From Eledone cirrhosa (taxonomy: Eukaryota): a DNA stretch of 64,000 bases. Below the pieces are notes generated by a model. It saw only the letters and a list, made by a program, of their open reading frames with translations, ran no database searches and had not been told where the DNA came from. Shown here piece by piece: positions 51,628 to 64,000 of this stretch (its first letter is position 1; each line of letters begins with the position of its first letter). The position numbers were made by a program, and so were the translations under genes. The stretch spans positions 237,398,001-237,462,000 of the forward strand of contig OZ024741.1 of the NCBI GenBank assembly GCA_964016885.1, given 5' to 3'.

Positions 51628-52507
51628 CGAGGTGTGTCAGAAAAGTTCCACGACTGATGTCACAAAAGATTTATTTCAAACCCAAACTTCACACTAAGAG
51701 TTTTCTCCTTCAAAGTAATCCCCCTGGAGTTTGTATCTGTAATCTTAGCTCTGTGCAGCGATCAAACTTTTTTCTTCATAATTTTATATACATGTCCTCT
51801 GTTTCAGGTCGTCAAGCAATGAGCACAGAGCAACGAACAAACTTGAAGTTTCTGGTACTGTTGGGGAAAACTCTGTCAGAAGCACTAGGATTGCTGCAGA
51901 AAGTGTATGGAGATGAGACGTTGTCATGCTCACGTGTTTTTGAGTGGTGCCAAATGACCCCAGGAGCGGAAGGCCCTCAACAACTGAGGTCAACGTTGAA
52001 CGTGTCAGGCAGATGGTGCATAGCGATCATCGGCTGACTGTTTGACTGATGGTAAATGAGCTGGGCATTAATCGGGACAGCGCCTGGAAGATTCTCACTG
52101 AAGATTTGGACATGCGGAGAGTCTGCGCGAAGATGGTGCCAAAACTGCTGAACAATGACCAGAAGGGTCGACGCATGAAAGTGTGCCAGGATACCCTCGA
52201 GCGTCTTGAAACCGAACCAGACTTGCTAGGGACAGTCAACACCGGTGATGAGTCATGGATCTTCGAGTACGACCCGGAGGGGACCTGTTTTGAAGACGTG
52301 GACGACATCAAAAAGGCTGTGACGACGGAACTGCGGAGGATCTCGGAAGAATCCTTCCAGGAGTGCATGCAGGTGTGGCAGAAAAGGATGGAAAAGTGCA
52401 TTAGACTCCAGGGGGATTACTTTGAAGGTGAAAACTCTTAGTGTGAAGTTTGGGTTTGAAATAAATCTTTTGTGACATCAGTCCTGGAACTTTTCTGACA
52501 CACCTCG
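51628..52507 (+). mobile_element. Internally deleted mariner element with ~103-bp inverted termini
   Basis: CGAGGTGTGTCAGAAAAGTTCC... / ...GGAACTTTTCTGACACACCTCG with TA duplication; transposase relics EQRTNLKF...VFEW, CAKMVPKLL...TGDESWIFEYDPE and GDYFEG. Confidence 0.93.
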
Positions 52508-52809
52508 TATATATATGTATATATATATGTATGTGTGTATATATATAAGCATATCTGTATATATATATGTATGGATATATATAAGCATGTTTGTATGTAT
52601 ATATATGTATGGATATATATAAGCATGTCTGTATGTATATATATGTATGCATATATATAAGCATGACTATGTATATATATGTATGCATATATATAAGCAT
52701 GTCTGTATGTATATATATATATATATGCATATATAAGCATGTCTGTATGTATATGTATGCATATATATAAGCATGTATGTAAGTATATATATGTATGCTC
52801 ACATATAGG

Positions 52810-53432
52810 CATCATCATCATCAACGTTTTACGTCCGTGTTCCACGCTTGCATGGGTTTGGACGGGGGTAGTCCCACTTGAGGCAAGAGTGATTGTCTTG
52901 CTCGCATAGGACTATCTGGCAGGTTTTCTACAGTTGGATGCCCTTCCTAACACCAACCACATTTACAGTGTGGGTCTGGGAGGTTTTTACTGTGTTGCCT
53001 ACATGGCCACATTACAGCGTGGACTGTGTGTTTTTTTGTCGTGACACCTACATGATCTCATTTGTTTCGGCCTGGATGGCGCGGCACCAACATAACTTTA
53101 CATAGAACGGGGTGGTGGTGGGACGGGGTGTATTTTGTTAGAGATGCCTACTGGCTGTAGTAGGTTTTACTATGTATTTAGGTAAGGCGGGTCTTCTCTG
53201 TTACTGAGTACCGCCAAAGGTCTCGGTCCAGTGACATTGTCTTGGTGAGGTCGGAGTTTATCAGCTCGTCCCAGGTTTTTCTAGGTCTGCCTATTCCGTG
53301 GCTACCGTCTATCTTTATTGCCCTGCACTTTGTTATACAGCTATCGACTTTCATGCGCATCACGTGTCCATACCAACGTAGCCTTCTCTTGAGTAAACAA
53401 CATCTGATCCCTCTTATTTCTAATTTTTTCCT
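52810..53432 (-). mobile_element. 5'-truncated RTE subfamily-2 3' end
   Basis: [33 protein letters not shown]; near-identical to the reverse complement of 5917-6568. Confidence 0.9.
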
Positions 53433-53850
53433 TGTATGTATATATGTATGCATGTATGCATGTATGTATATATATATATGTATGCATATATATAAGCATG
53501 TATGTATATATATGTATGCATATATATAAGCATGTATGTATGTATTTATATATATATGTATATATATATATAAGCATGTATGTATGTATTTATATATATA
53601 TGTATACATATATATAAGCATGTATGTATGTATGTATTTATATATATATGTATACATATATATAAGCATGTATGTATGTATGTATTTATATATATATGTA
53701 TGCATATATATAAGCGTGTACGCATGTATTTATATATATGTATGCATATATATAAGCATGTATGTATGTATTTATATATATATGTATGCATATATATAAG
53801 CATGTACGCATGTATTTATATATATGTATGCATATATATAAGCATGTATG
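53433..53850. repeat. Higher-order minisatellite built from (TA)n (GCATATATATAAGCATGTATG units); a similar array lies at 52510-52800
   Basis: Recurring TAAGCATG unit every 28-38 bp or so. Confidence 0.8.
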
Positions 53851-54472
53851 TATCTATATTAATAAAGCTGATGGCCGTATGTATGTAACAAACTTTTCGC
53901 CAAACGGCACCAAATTTGCAGGATGCGAGGGTGTTTTTGTCTACTAAATTTCGTTAAAAGATTAAAGATATTTTATTGTTTATTTAAATATTCATTTCTT
54001 TAAAATTTTCAAATATCAACACTTCCGGCTAGCGATCATCCTTATGGGGTCAATAAAATAAAGTACTAGTAACGCACTTGGGTCTATTTAATCACCTTTC
54101 CTTTCTCCCCAAATTGTTGGCCTTGTACCTAAATAAAGTACCAGTAATGCACTGGGTGATTGCTGGCCTTGTGCCTAAAGTAGAAACAATTATTAAGTTT
54201 ATTAATAACTCTTATGTTTCTTTCTTTTGCTATTTCAGATGTTCAGTTTCTTCAGCCATATGTTCTAAGTTTGTTGTTACACCGATTGTTAACGTGGCCT
54301 TTCCAATGAATGTGGTAGTTAAATTAAATAACGTGAAGTATACAACACTACTATTTCAAACTGTGACCTACTGGTTATATTCTTAGAAGCACTGAAGTTT
54401 CATTTTAAGGTTCTCCTTCTCCAAACTCAGAGTAACTTATAAAGGAGTGTACAAAGTATGTTCTAGATTAAT

Positions 54473-54881
54473 ATGGAAAGGTCCACACCACATATAGCTA
54501 GGGCTCATGTCCCTGAGAAACGGATGCCTAATGAAATGTGCTCACTCCCAGTTCCATCACAGAGAATCCTCAACCATGTTGACAGCAAATTCTACCATCC
54601 AGATTTGTACAGTTTTCAAAGTGCACAGCGGTTACCTCATGTAGGCGAGACAGTGTTCCCTACAGATGTCTACCTGAAGCAGCTAGCGCAGCCATACTTT
54701 GTCACCGCTCTACCAACCGCTGTTGCTGTTGCAGTCAACTCAGATAAGTCATACCAAGAAAATATTAAACAAAGTTCCAGCCTTCAACTACAACAGCAGC
54801 CTGAACAACAACCACAACCACAACAACAGCAACAGCCACAACAGCAGCAGCAACAACAGCAGCAGCAACAACAGCATCACC

Positions 54882-54915
<34 letters not shown>

Positions 54916-54927
54916 ACAACAACAGCA

Positions 54928-55011
<84 letters not shown>

Positions 55012-55936
55012 AGCACAATCGCAACCATCGAGAAAGCATTCATCTGATTCTCAAGTTTCACCTCAATCAGCATCAGTGTCATCAAAAGAAAAGAACATTT
55101 ACCAGTCAGACTCCTCCTCAAAAGATAATCAACCCAGCACTGCTTCAACAGATGAAGATACTCCTGCTAAAGGACTTAAACAGAGCTACTGTGAATATTG
55201 TGGCAAATATTTTGCCCAGGAGTATGTTTTACAAATGCACCGACGCACCCACACTGGAGAAAGGCCCTACCAATGTGAATTCTGCCTGAAGCAGTTCGCC
55301 CGCAGAGACACACTTCAAGTCCACAGGCGGACTCACACCGGAGAGAAGCCATATCAGTGTGATGTCTGCTTTCAGTACTTTGCTCAGAGAGATTATCTAG
55401 CAGTCCACAAACGATCCCACACAGGAGAGAAGCCGTTCCAGTGTGACTTTTGTATCCAGAAATTTGCCCGGAGAGATACTCTACAGATACATAGGAGAAT
55501 TCATACAGGAGAGAAACCATTCCAATGCGATGTGTGCCTGAAGCAGTTTGCTCAGAGAGACAAGCTGCACACTCACCAGAGAACACATAACCGCAAAAAG
55601 AAGTTTCACTGTGACATCTGCCTGAAGCAGTTTGCCCACAGAGACTATTTACAGATACATCGCAGATCTCACACCGGGGAGAAACCATTCCAGTGTGATT
55701 TCTGTATCCAGAAGTTCTCTCGCAAGGATACATTGCAAATACATCGACGGATACACACCGGAGAAAAACCGTTTCATTGTGACCTCTGTGGAAAGAGATT
55801 TGCCCAGACAGACAAGCTTCGCCGCCATAAACGTACACACCCAGAGTTCAATACTGACCAATCAAAGTCTTACCAAAATGCTAACAGCAACAACAATTAC
55901 AATAGTAAGCTGGTACCTACTTCTAACATGATGTCA
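54473..55936 (+). CDS. C2H2 zinc-finger protein (8 fingers; N-terminal polyQ/polyH), main coding exon
   Basis: Intact ORF (499 aa if unspliced, stop at 55972); TGEKP-linked fingers; upstream acceptor TTTTGCTATTTCAG at 54238; phase-0 donor TCA|GTAAGT at 55936/55937. Confidence 0.93.
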
Positions 55937-58367
55937 GTAAGTACCTGTATTGTCACTTTGTTGTCTCCTTAATAGCCTATCAGTGTCATCTTCCCAGTAG
56001 TTTGTTCTCTTTCGCTTCTATTGTTTTTTTACAGGTTTCAGTCATTAGACTGTGACCTTGTCAGGGTACCTCCTTCAAAGGATTTAGTTGATCATATCAA
56101 CTCCAGGGCTTATTTTCCAAGTCTAGTACTTATTTTATTGATCTCTATTTGTGTAACAACTAAGTTATGGCAATAAACAAACAGTAAATGTAAACACAGA
56201 TGCACACACACATTATATATATATCCACACAACAAGATTCTGTATAATTCTTGTCTACCAAATTCTACTAACAAGGCATTGTTCAACCCAAGGCTATTAG
56301 TAGAGGATATTTGGTCAGGTTTCTGCACAATGTAGCTGAGCCTGAAACAATGTGGTTGTGATGCAGTTTCTTTAACCACTCAGTGATGCCTGCACCTATA
56401 AATAAAATATTCACAGAGCTTAAGTTATTGTTAATAAACCTCAGGTCAAATTCTAATCTAATGTCTTGTGATGTAAACACCAAGTAATTGACTGATTTTT
56501 GCTCACTGAGTGACAAACCCATTGACTATAAATGAGGAGAAGCAGGTGTTATCAATAGTTGAACCTCAGGTGGTAGATTTCAAAATTGGTAGAGCATTGG
56601 ATAAAATTCCCTTGTGGTATTTGTTCTGGCTCTTTACATTTTGAATTCAAATTCTGCCAAGGTCAACTTCGCTTTTCATCCCTCTGGGCTTGATAAAACA
56701 AAATACCAGTCAATTACTAGAGTTGATTCAATCAATTTTGCCCTTTCTCCAAATTTGCTGGCTCTATGCCCAAATTAGAAATCAGTAATTGAACTTCAAT
56801 ACATTATTGATCTTCATCGGATAAAAAAAAACTAAGCCAACTCTTTGGGATTTGAATCCAGATGGAATGGGAATGTATACTTTAGATGTATTGACATTCC
56901 ATGGTCTTGTTTAACCCTAGGTGAGACCTTTGATCAGAGGCATTCCAGCCATTACCATACTACCTTTTTAGGGGTTTATAGGACTACATTATCAAATGTA
57001 TTCTTATCATATTCAAGATAATAGGGTATGATTTGAGGACGAGTCCACTTGTATTTCTAGCAGGTTAAGTGACCACTAGAAGGATTCCCAACCTTTTTGC
57101 AGACCTCTCCCTCTTGGCTTTTATCCTCTCTCCTAATGTTACCATTCAGCAATTACAAAACTTTATTCAAAATATCAGTGTTGTTAGTTTACATAGTACT
57201 GTGATTTAAAGAGCCAGCTTTGTCACACTAAATCTCCCTGTGAATTACATGGTATACATGCCTGTGTAATACTTTGCCACTTACACATTAATTTAGCACA
57301 TGCTGTTCTGTTGATCAAACAACTGGAACAGTCATCATAAAAACCAAGTGATCCATTTATTTATGCAAGTTAACCAAAGTAACATTTAAGACAACAAGTT
57401 GGTAGAGGGAGATTTGGTTTCTATTTCCATAGAGGCTCCCATCTGTGGCTGAGTAGAGACGACGCCATTATTGGAACAAAGACATTATTACCCCTTAGTA
57501 GTTTACTATTTTTTGTAAGTGTTGTTCAGTGTTTGATTTTGTGTTCACCTTTTCAATCGTAACCATTTAGTGTTTACCATATATTTCAGGAGTTTATCAA
57601 AAGATCATTTACTCACTGTATATTGTTGTTCACTGCATAGCTACACACTGTTTATCATCATCATCATCATCTTACATCCTCTTTCTACGCTAGCTTGGGT
57701 TGGGTAGACTGTCATGGTCTGAGACTTGACAAGTCAGAGCAAACCATTTTGCTTGTAACGTTCCATATTTGGCATGGTTTCTATGGCTGAATGCCCTTCC
57801 TAATGTCATTCACCTCACAGTGTGTACTGGGTGCATTTTTTTAACACCAGCATAACCATTTTACAGAATAGTTTCAGTGCATTTTATCATGGTACCAGCA
57901 CTAAAGAGGTTGTCACATGCTAGGCATGTGAATCTTGATTCGATTGCCAAACACTGTACCCTCTGATCTCTGACCACGTTTACTTTTACAGGTCTTTTGT
58001 ATTATAGCATATTGGCGATTTTGTATTATACCATAGCTTGGTCCTGTTCTACAGGTATCATCCACTTCAAGCTCTTGGTACTTTTTTTACTGAATCTTTA
58101 TCACCTCATAGCTTCTCACTGTGCTACTCTTTCTGAAGTTACTGTTTTCACTCTCACACCATTTATACTTAACACAAACCAATGAGGAAACATTTATGTG
58201 GTTACTCAACCTGTTAGAAGTAGCAGTCAAATCTTCCTTCAAATTACACTGCACCATTATAAAAAAGAAAAAAAAAACACTTGATATTATATTCCTAAAT
58301 ACACTATTTCTCAAAAAAAAAATTGGGTAGTCATGGATGAAATGCTTTTGATCATAGATCTGCTTGA

Positions 58368-58615
58368 TTAACCCTATTAATGCCAAACTGACTGAAACCA
58401 CTCTGGTTTTATGATACAAAACTACTAAATGTTTATCCTTATATTAAAACCTATTATCATAATTTTATTTTATTAAATAATATTCTAAATATTAGTTTAC
58501 TAATGAAAATCTTTATTTTATTAAATTCTTCCAAATTTTAGATTATTTTAAAATTTAATTGAAGCACATAGGCAGTGTATTTCATTAGAAATATCATACA
58601 ATAATGAAAGGGCTA
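58368..58615. mobile_element. Old TTAA-flanked (piggyBac-like) MITE; related inverted copy at about 62955-63174
   Basis: TTAACCCT...AAAGGG ends; left end resembles the reverse complement of 63120-63174. Confidence 0.4.
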
Positions 58616-59284
58616 CGGTTAACCTAACACTAAACACTGTTAGAATATAAGCTTATATTAGTTAATCTCACCCCTAGTTATGTCCTTGGCTGATCTATTA
58701 ATTTCTGAATTATTTCCAAGCTATATATGGTGTTTATGGGAAGAAAAGTGAGCTGAGAGTTGTGTTAGAACTAAAGATTTTATGAATTTTTGTAGTCCAG
58801 AACTTTCCAAACTTTTCATATTAACAACACACACACTTTCAAAAATAAAAAATTTTTATAATACAATAATTAACTCTTAACATCTTATTAGATTTAACAG
58901 TAAATATCTCAATGCAGGTTTTGTAATTCAAATGTTTGTAGTACCTATACTAGTAGATAGATTGTTGTGAAAATTTACAGTATTAAAGAAATGATTTTAA
59001 TTTTTGATATAATACATAGTGCTTTAGAAGAATGTGATTTTAATGTCATGTCATAGGGTTGTTAAACTGTTCAAGAATGTTTTGCTAATGTGGTTTTATG
59101 TAGTACATGATGTTAAGTGTTACATTTTGTTAGCAACAAGAACTTAATGAAATTAATAAATAAGAAATTAAATATATATCAAATTATGAGATTTTGAATT
59201 TACTTTACAGCCAAATATTTGTAAAAATTAATCAGATTTGACTTAATTTCATGATACATCTAGATATTACCAATTTAGAACGGA

Positions 59285-60450
59285 AGTCATCATTTTTATG
59301 TCTGCCTTTTCATGCTTGCATGAATTGGATAAATCCTCTCAGCACATCTGTCCCTCCATCTGTCACATTGCTTCAAAATATTGTCTGTGAGATTCAGCAT
59401 ATTAAGATCAGCTCTCACCACTTCTGCCCAGGTTTTCCTTGGTCTTCCTTTTCTGCAGCTACCTTATACTTGGGGCTCCTAGCACTTTGTCACCCAACAG
59501 TCATCATCTATATCAAGCATGTCAAACATGCGGCGCTTTTCAAGCATACCTGCGGCCTACACAAAGGTTTTTACAGCGCGAGCATGTTTTATCTTCGTAA
59601 AATTAGTTGTAAGTGTACAATTAGTTATCGTGTGTGGCCCTCAGACAACACATATGTGACCCATGTGGGGGACCCTCAGTTTGACATGCCTGATCTATAT
59701 GCATCATGTATCTGTACCAGTGCAATCTTCTCTCTTGTACACTACATCTGATACTGCTCGTGCCCAATTTTTCCTTCAGCTCATCTGTGCTATGTTGTAC
59801 ATGCACACTAACATTTCACACTCATTGTAGCAGCCTAGCCTCATTTCTTCTAACCTTCACACATCCTCTGCATCCAATGCTCATGTCTACTATGCAACAT
59901 TACAGTTCATATGCAGACATCATATATCTAACCTTCCCTCAAAGAGATAATCATTTTCTGCCTGCAGAGGTACTAACTCCCTGGACTTTTTTGTCCCATT
60001 CTTATTCTGGCTACTATTCTTTTGAGCTCTCTCCACCACTACCAATTAACCTAGATAACAGAAGTTATGAACTAATTCTCTGAAGCCTTTCTTAAAAGAC
60101 TTTATTTCTTTGGTGTTCTTACTACTCCTGTGCATCTGACACAAAATCTCTTTTCTCTGTTAGCCTGCCTGTGATCTTACTACAAATTTTACACTGGGTG
60201 TTCTGTATGGAGTTTCTTTCTACTCCTTTGCTACAAATTGAATATGGCAGCATGATCCTACATTCTTTCCTATTTACTAAGCCTTTGTTTTTTGTTAAGT
60301 TTACTCTTAGGCCTTTTAATTCTAGGTTTTGTTTCCATATTTGGAATTTCTTTTCTGAATCTTTCACAGATTCAGCTATAAGTCCTAAATCATCAGCATA
60401 TAGGAGATCCCATGGGCAGTTAATCCTAAGCTCCTCTATTATGACCAATC
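59285..60450 (-). mobile_element. Old degraded RTE LINE 3' half
   Basis: CPWDLLYADDLGLIAES...GLRVNLTK and RCSVQERRLHWY. Confidence 0.85.
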
Positions 60451-62046
60451 TTAAGCTCCTCAGTATAAACAACTCTAGAACATAATTATTGATGTGAAGA
60501 AGAGGAACAATGTTTTTCAAGTCAGAAATATAAACAGTAAGGATGATGAAAATTATTGTCACATGCTGAAAAATTCAGTTGACATTAACATGAATTTAGA
60601 TTCAAATCTTGTAGTTTAACTGGGGATTTTATAGTGTTCTCTACAACTGGATTTTTAGGATCTACACTCACCACTGAAGTTATTTTGATAAGTACAGTAT
60701 TAACAGCAAAACAGTTTTTACTTTTAAATATTTTGGTCTAGAGTAAAGGGACTGTATTGCTTTCATGTGAGATATGGAGCAAAGTGGCTGTCTCAAAAGC
60801 CCTCACGTGCTTTTCTAGATAGGTGAGATCTGGCAGAAAAGGACTGTCGGTATAGTCTCCTGGTAGTCAGATGTCTGGAGGAAGGGGCTGCATCCAGAGT
60901 CTTTGTATGTGAGCTCATTGTAGTTTATGTTCCTTAAGAACAGTTGCAAGTTGATTGCTGCAATATAAACATGGACAGAAAAAGAATTCCAGAGGACTGA
61001 CATTCTGAGAATAGTAGTTAGTGCAGGGTCGTTAGAGGAAGGGGATCAATATGATACCTTTTTTTTACTGCAGTTTTCTTAAAATATTTTTCTTTACATT
61101 GTGTTAATATTTTACTGATCTCCTGAAATAAACTATTTAACACAAACTTCAAGACTTTGATGTTAGAATTTGTTGAGGTTGTGGTACATATTCCATTCAC
61201 ATATTGAAATCTGTACATGGTTATACATTTATGCACGAGTTTTCAGGAATACAATTCTTACATATGCTTAGGACATCCTGTATGTGTGAGTGTATGTGTG
61301 TTTGTGCATGTGTGTACACACACATACACACTCACACATATAGACTTTATAAGTTATATATTTGTTAAGATTGAGAAATAACCTGTCGGTGGGTGGGTTA
61401 GTTTTTTTAAAATCTCAAACTACTGCTGTTGTATATCCCTAGGTCAGCCCTGTTTGAACAAAATCAAGGACAAAGGTCTGTCACTTGTGACCATGTCACA
61501 TGGTGTATCAAGGACTACATTATCTAATGTTTCCTGTTTTATTTTTAGATGGTAGGGTGTGATTTGAGAAAGATTGACTGCTATTTCTTTTCATTGGCAC
61601 CTTCTCTCCACTAACACTTATTACCACTTCCTCTGAAAAATTTATGGGAGTATTATTCAAGACCTGAGAATATGTTCCTATTTTCATGTCTGTTTTCTAT
61701 GCTACTCTGAGTTCATCTACAACAACATGCATGCATGCACACAGTTATGTAACTATAAGCATCAATGGCAGATTTCTCTGATATTCTGAGTTTATCTACA
61801 ATTACCTTATTTACTCTTGTATAGGTCGCACTGGTAGATAAGTTGCACCTCCATTTCTACATACAACATTCTTGGCCCAGCATTAGATTTGAATTGATGT
61901 TTTGTAGGTCCAGTAGATAGGTTTCCTGCTGGTTTATGTGTTGTATTTACATAGTAAAAAAAAATGTGATTTATGCGTCAATGTATACTTTAATTATTTT
62001 CAATCAAACATCTAATGATGTTTCTTTTTTCTTCGATTTCAAACAG

Positions 62047-62166
62047 AAAGTTCAGTGTTCAAAACCCAGTGGTAGTCTGTCACAGTTGAATAATTCCTGT
62101 TGGATACCAAACCAGGAGCAGCGAGTCAATGACACCAGTTCTTCTGTCTTACAGTTTTGGCAATGA
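62047..62166 (+). CDS. Probable terminal coding exon of zinc-finger gene 2
   Basis: Acceptor TTCTTTTTTCTTCGATTTCAAACAG|AAA in phase 0, matching the donor at 55936; encodes KVQCSKPSGSLSQLNNSCWIPNQEQRVNDTSSSVLQFWQ*; AATAAA at 62614. Confidence 0.55.
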   Translation, partial: KVQCSKPSGSLSQLNNSCWIPNQEQRVNDTSSSVLQFWQ

Positions 62167-63216
62167 AATGAAAAAACTAAACAAAAAAAAGAAGGTGAAT
62201 CTACTCCTGTCAAACAGTGATAGGCAGTTCTCTTTGGACCAAAAATGATCTTTTTACCCCATCCCCGACCCCAAAATTGGACATAATAATATCACTTGTA
62301 CTAAGAACTCTGATGCAAAGAGAATCAACCATATTTTCAATGTTAACTCTTATACCGGACATTAGTTTATTCCAGCCAACATAGAATATGTAGTTAATTA
62401 AAAGAACTGCTAACGACGATGATGATGATGACGATGATGTTGATGATGATGATGACGATGATGGTGGTGATGATGATGGTCAATTCCAACCTGGAATGTT
62501 TCTATGCAACCCAACATTGGCCTTCATATGATGTGTATTTGTGTATATTTGTGGCCAGAAGCTTTCTCTCAAGGAATGGTATTCTCAAAACCTTCAATTC
62601 TGCTTCGAATTTCAATAAAACTTAAATTAAATGCTCCTTGCCTTATAATTATTGAATTACATTGACAAAAGTGTGTTTTACCTTAATTTCTGTTGTATAT
62701 TCTGTCTTATGATTTATCTTCTGTCATATATTCTGTCTTATCTGCTTTATGTTCATTCTGCTTTGTTATGTTCTATTTTATGTTGTCTTAACACTTTAGT
62801 AATTGTATATCTAATGAAAAACTGCTTATTATTTTCAAATACTTTTGAAATTAATCAATAATTTTGATGGATTTTGATAGCTTAACAAAAGTTCTTACGT
62901 AAAATTATGATAGGTTTTTAGATAAATATAAACACTTTTGGTATCAAAAGGGTTAACCCTTCCATGGCCATATTTCTAATGAAATGCATTTCATTTCAAT
63001 TAATAAATTTTTGGGGATTTACTTTATTTCTTTATTAAAATAGCAACTTAACACATGGTTCTTATATAAAATTATGTTGGAAGATTTTAATTCAAATAAA
63101 AACCCTTTAAAATGGGTTGTTTTGTTTTAAAGAATCAGAGCCAGTTTTGGCTGGGTTGGTATCAAAAGGATTAAAGATCCTGCTTAAATGACCGACCTTC
63201 TCTGGATCCAATTTTT

Positions 63217-63500
63217 AAATATCCTAGTTCCACACCAGATCCAGCTTAAATATCCTAGTTCCACACCAGATCCAGCTTAAATATCCTAGTTCCACACCAG
63301 ATCCAGCTTAAATATCCTAGTTCCACACCAGATCCAGCTTAAATATTCTAATCCTGTTCTGGATCCAGTTTAAATACCCTTGTCTCGTTCTGAATCTAGC
63401 TTATGTATCCTAGTCTCATTCCAATTACAGTTTAGTTATTACAGTCCCACTCTAAATCTGACTTAAATTTCCCAGTCCTGATTCACACCTAATTTAAATA
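63217..63500. repeat. 31-bp minisatellite (4 perfect copies, then degenerate copies)
   Basis: AAATATCCTAGTTCCACACCAGATCCAGCTT at 63217, 63248, 63279 and 63310. Confidence 0.95.
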
Positions 63501-64000
63501 GGTGTTGGTTGGCTGGGTCTTGTTTTACTTCATTCAAGTTGTTAGGTATTGTAGAGAAAGGCATGAACATCACACAATCACACCAGTTCTAAACTTATGG
63601 CTGCATCATGCCATTGTCTGCTTATCTATGCTTGTTAAGTTTACCTGTTCACACTGGCCATTATAGGTTGGATGGGATGATCGAGTGGTCAGATGATTAA
63701 TTCTGGCCTTCAGTCCTCAGCTTATCTGAGAGGTCAGTGGCTCTGCTTGAATACTAACTTTGTCTGTGATCCAGCCCCTATTAGCAGGGAAAATAGATGG
63801 TAAAGAATAATGAACACGATCAGCTTATAAGTAAAATTTGAGTTGGAAGAGGTACAAAAATACATTATCTGACTTCTAACAATTCCACTAATCCTCCACT
63901 TTGAATTGGTATTTTATTTATCGAATACCAAAAGGATCATATGTAAAGTTCATCTTGGCAGGATTTGAATTTTTATCTTACATTTAGAATTTAGATTGAG

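Noticed and set aside
37591-53947. Very long YI/MC/HT-rich ORFs (up to 1469 aa)
   Set aside because: Stop-free translations of (TA)n/TATG microsatellite; only the short embedded TE segments are meaningful.
63217-63500. 31-bp repeats as a possible CRISPR array
   Set aside because: Head-to-tail with no unique spacers, eukaryotic context, no cas genes.

Overview
AT-rich, repeat-dense animal genomic DNA, most consistent with a cephalopod such as Octopus. This is inferred from tandem C2H2 zinc-finger genes with polyQ/polyH tracts, tRNA-derived SINEs with RTE-type tails, RTE LINEs and very long (TA)n arrays. Two intact C2H2 zinc-finger genes lie on the + strand (33441-35327 and 54473-55936, the latter with a probable last coding exon at 62047-62166). 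The rest is a mosaic of a long decayed RTE LINE, RTE/CR1/Tx1-like fragments, two internally deleted Tc1/mariner elements (one DD37D type), Helitron-like elements, MITEs, SINEs, a Ginger2/KRBA2-like integrase relic, roughly 10 kb of (TA)n/TATG arrays and a 200-N gap. The main unannotated signal is about a dozen hand-foldable type I hammerhead ribozyme motifs in about five sequence families, most inside small ORF-less fold-back elements, several with a ribozyme on each strand. They resemble non-autonomous derivatives of Penelope-like element pseudo-LTRs, and one lies in the likely 3' UTR of the first zinc-finger gene. All calls were made by eye with no searches run; the YI/MC-rich ORFs in the track are microsatellite artefacts.
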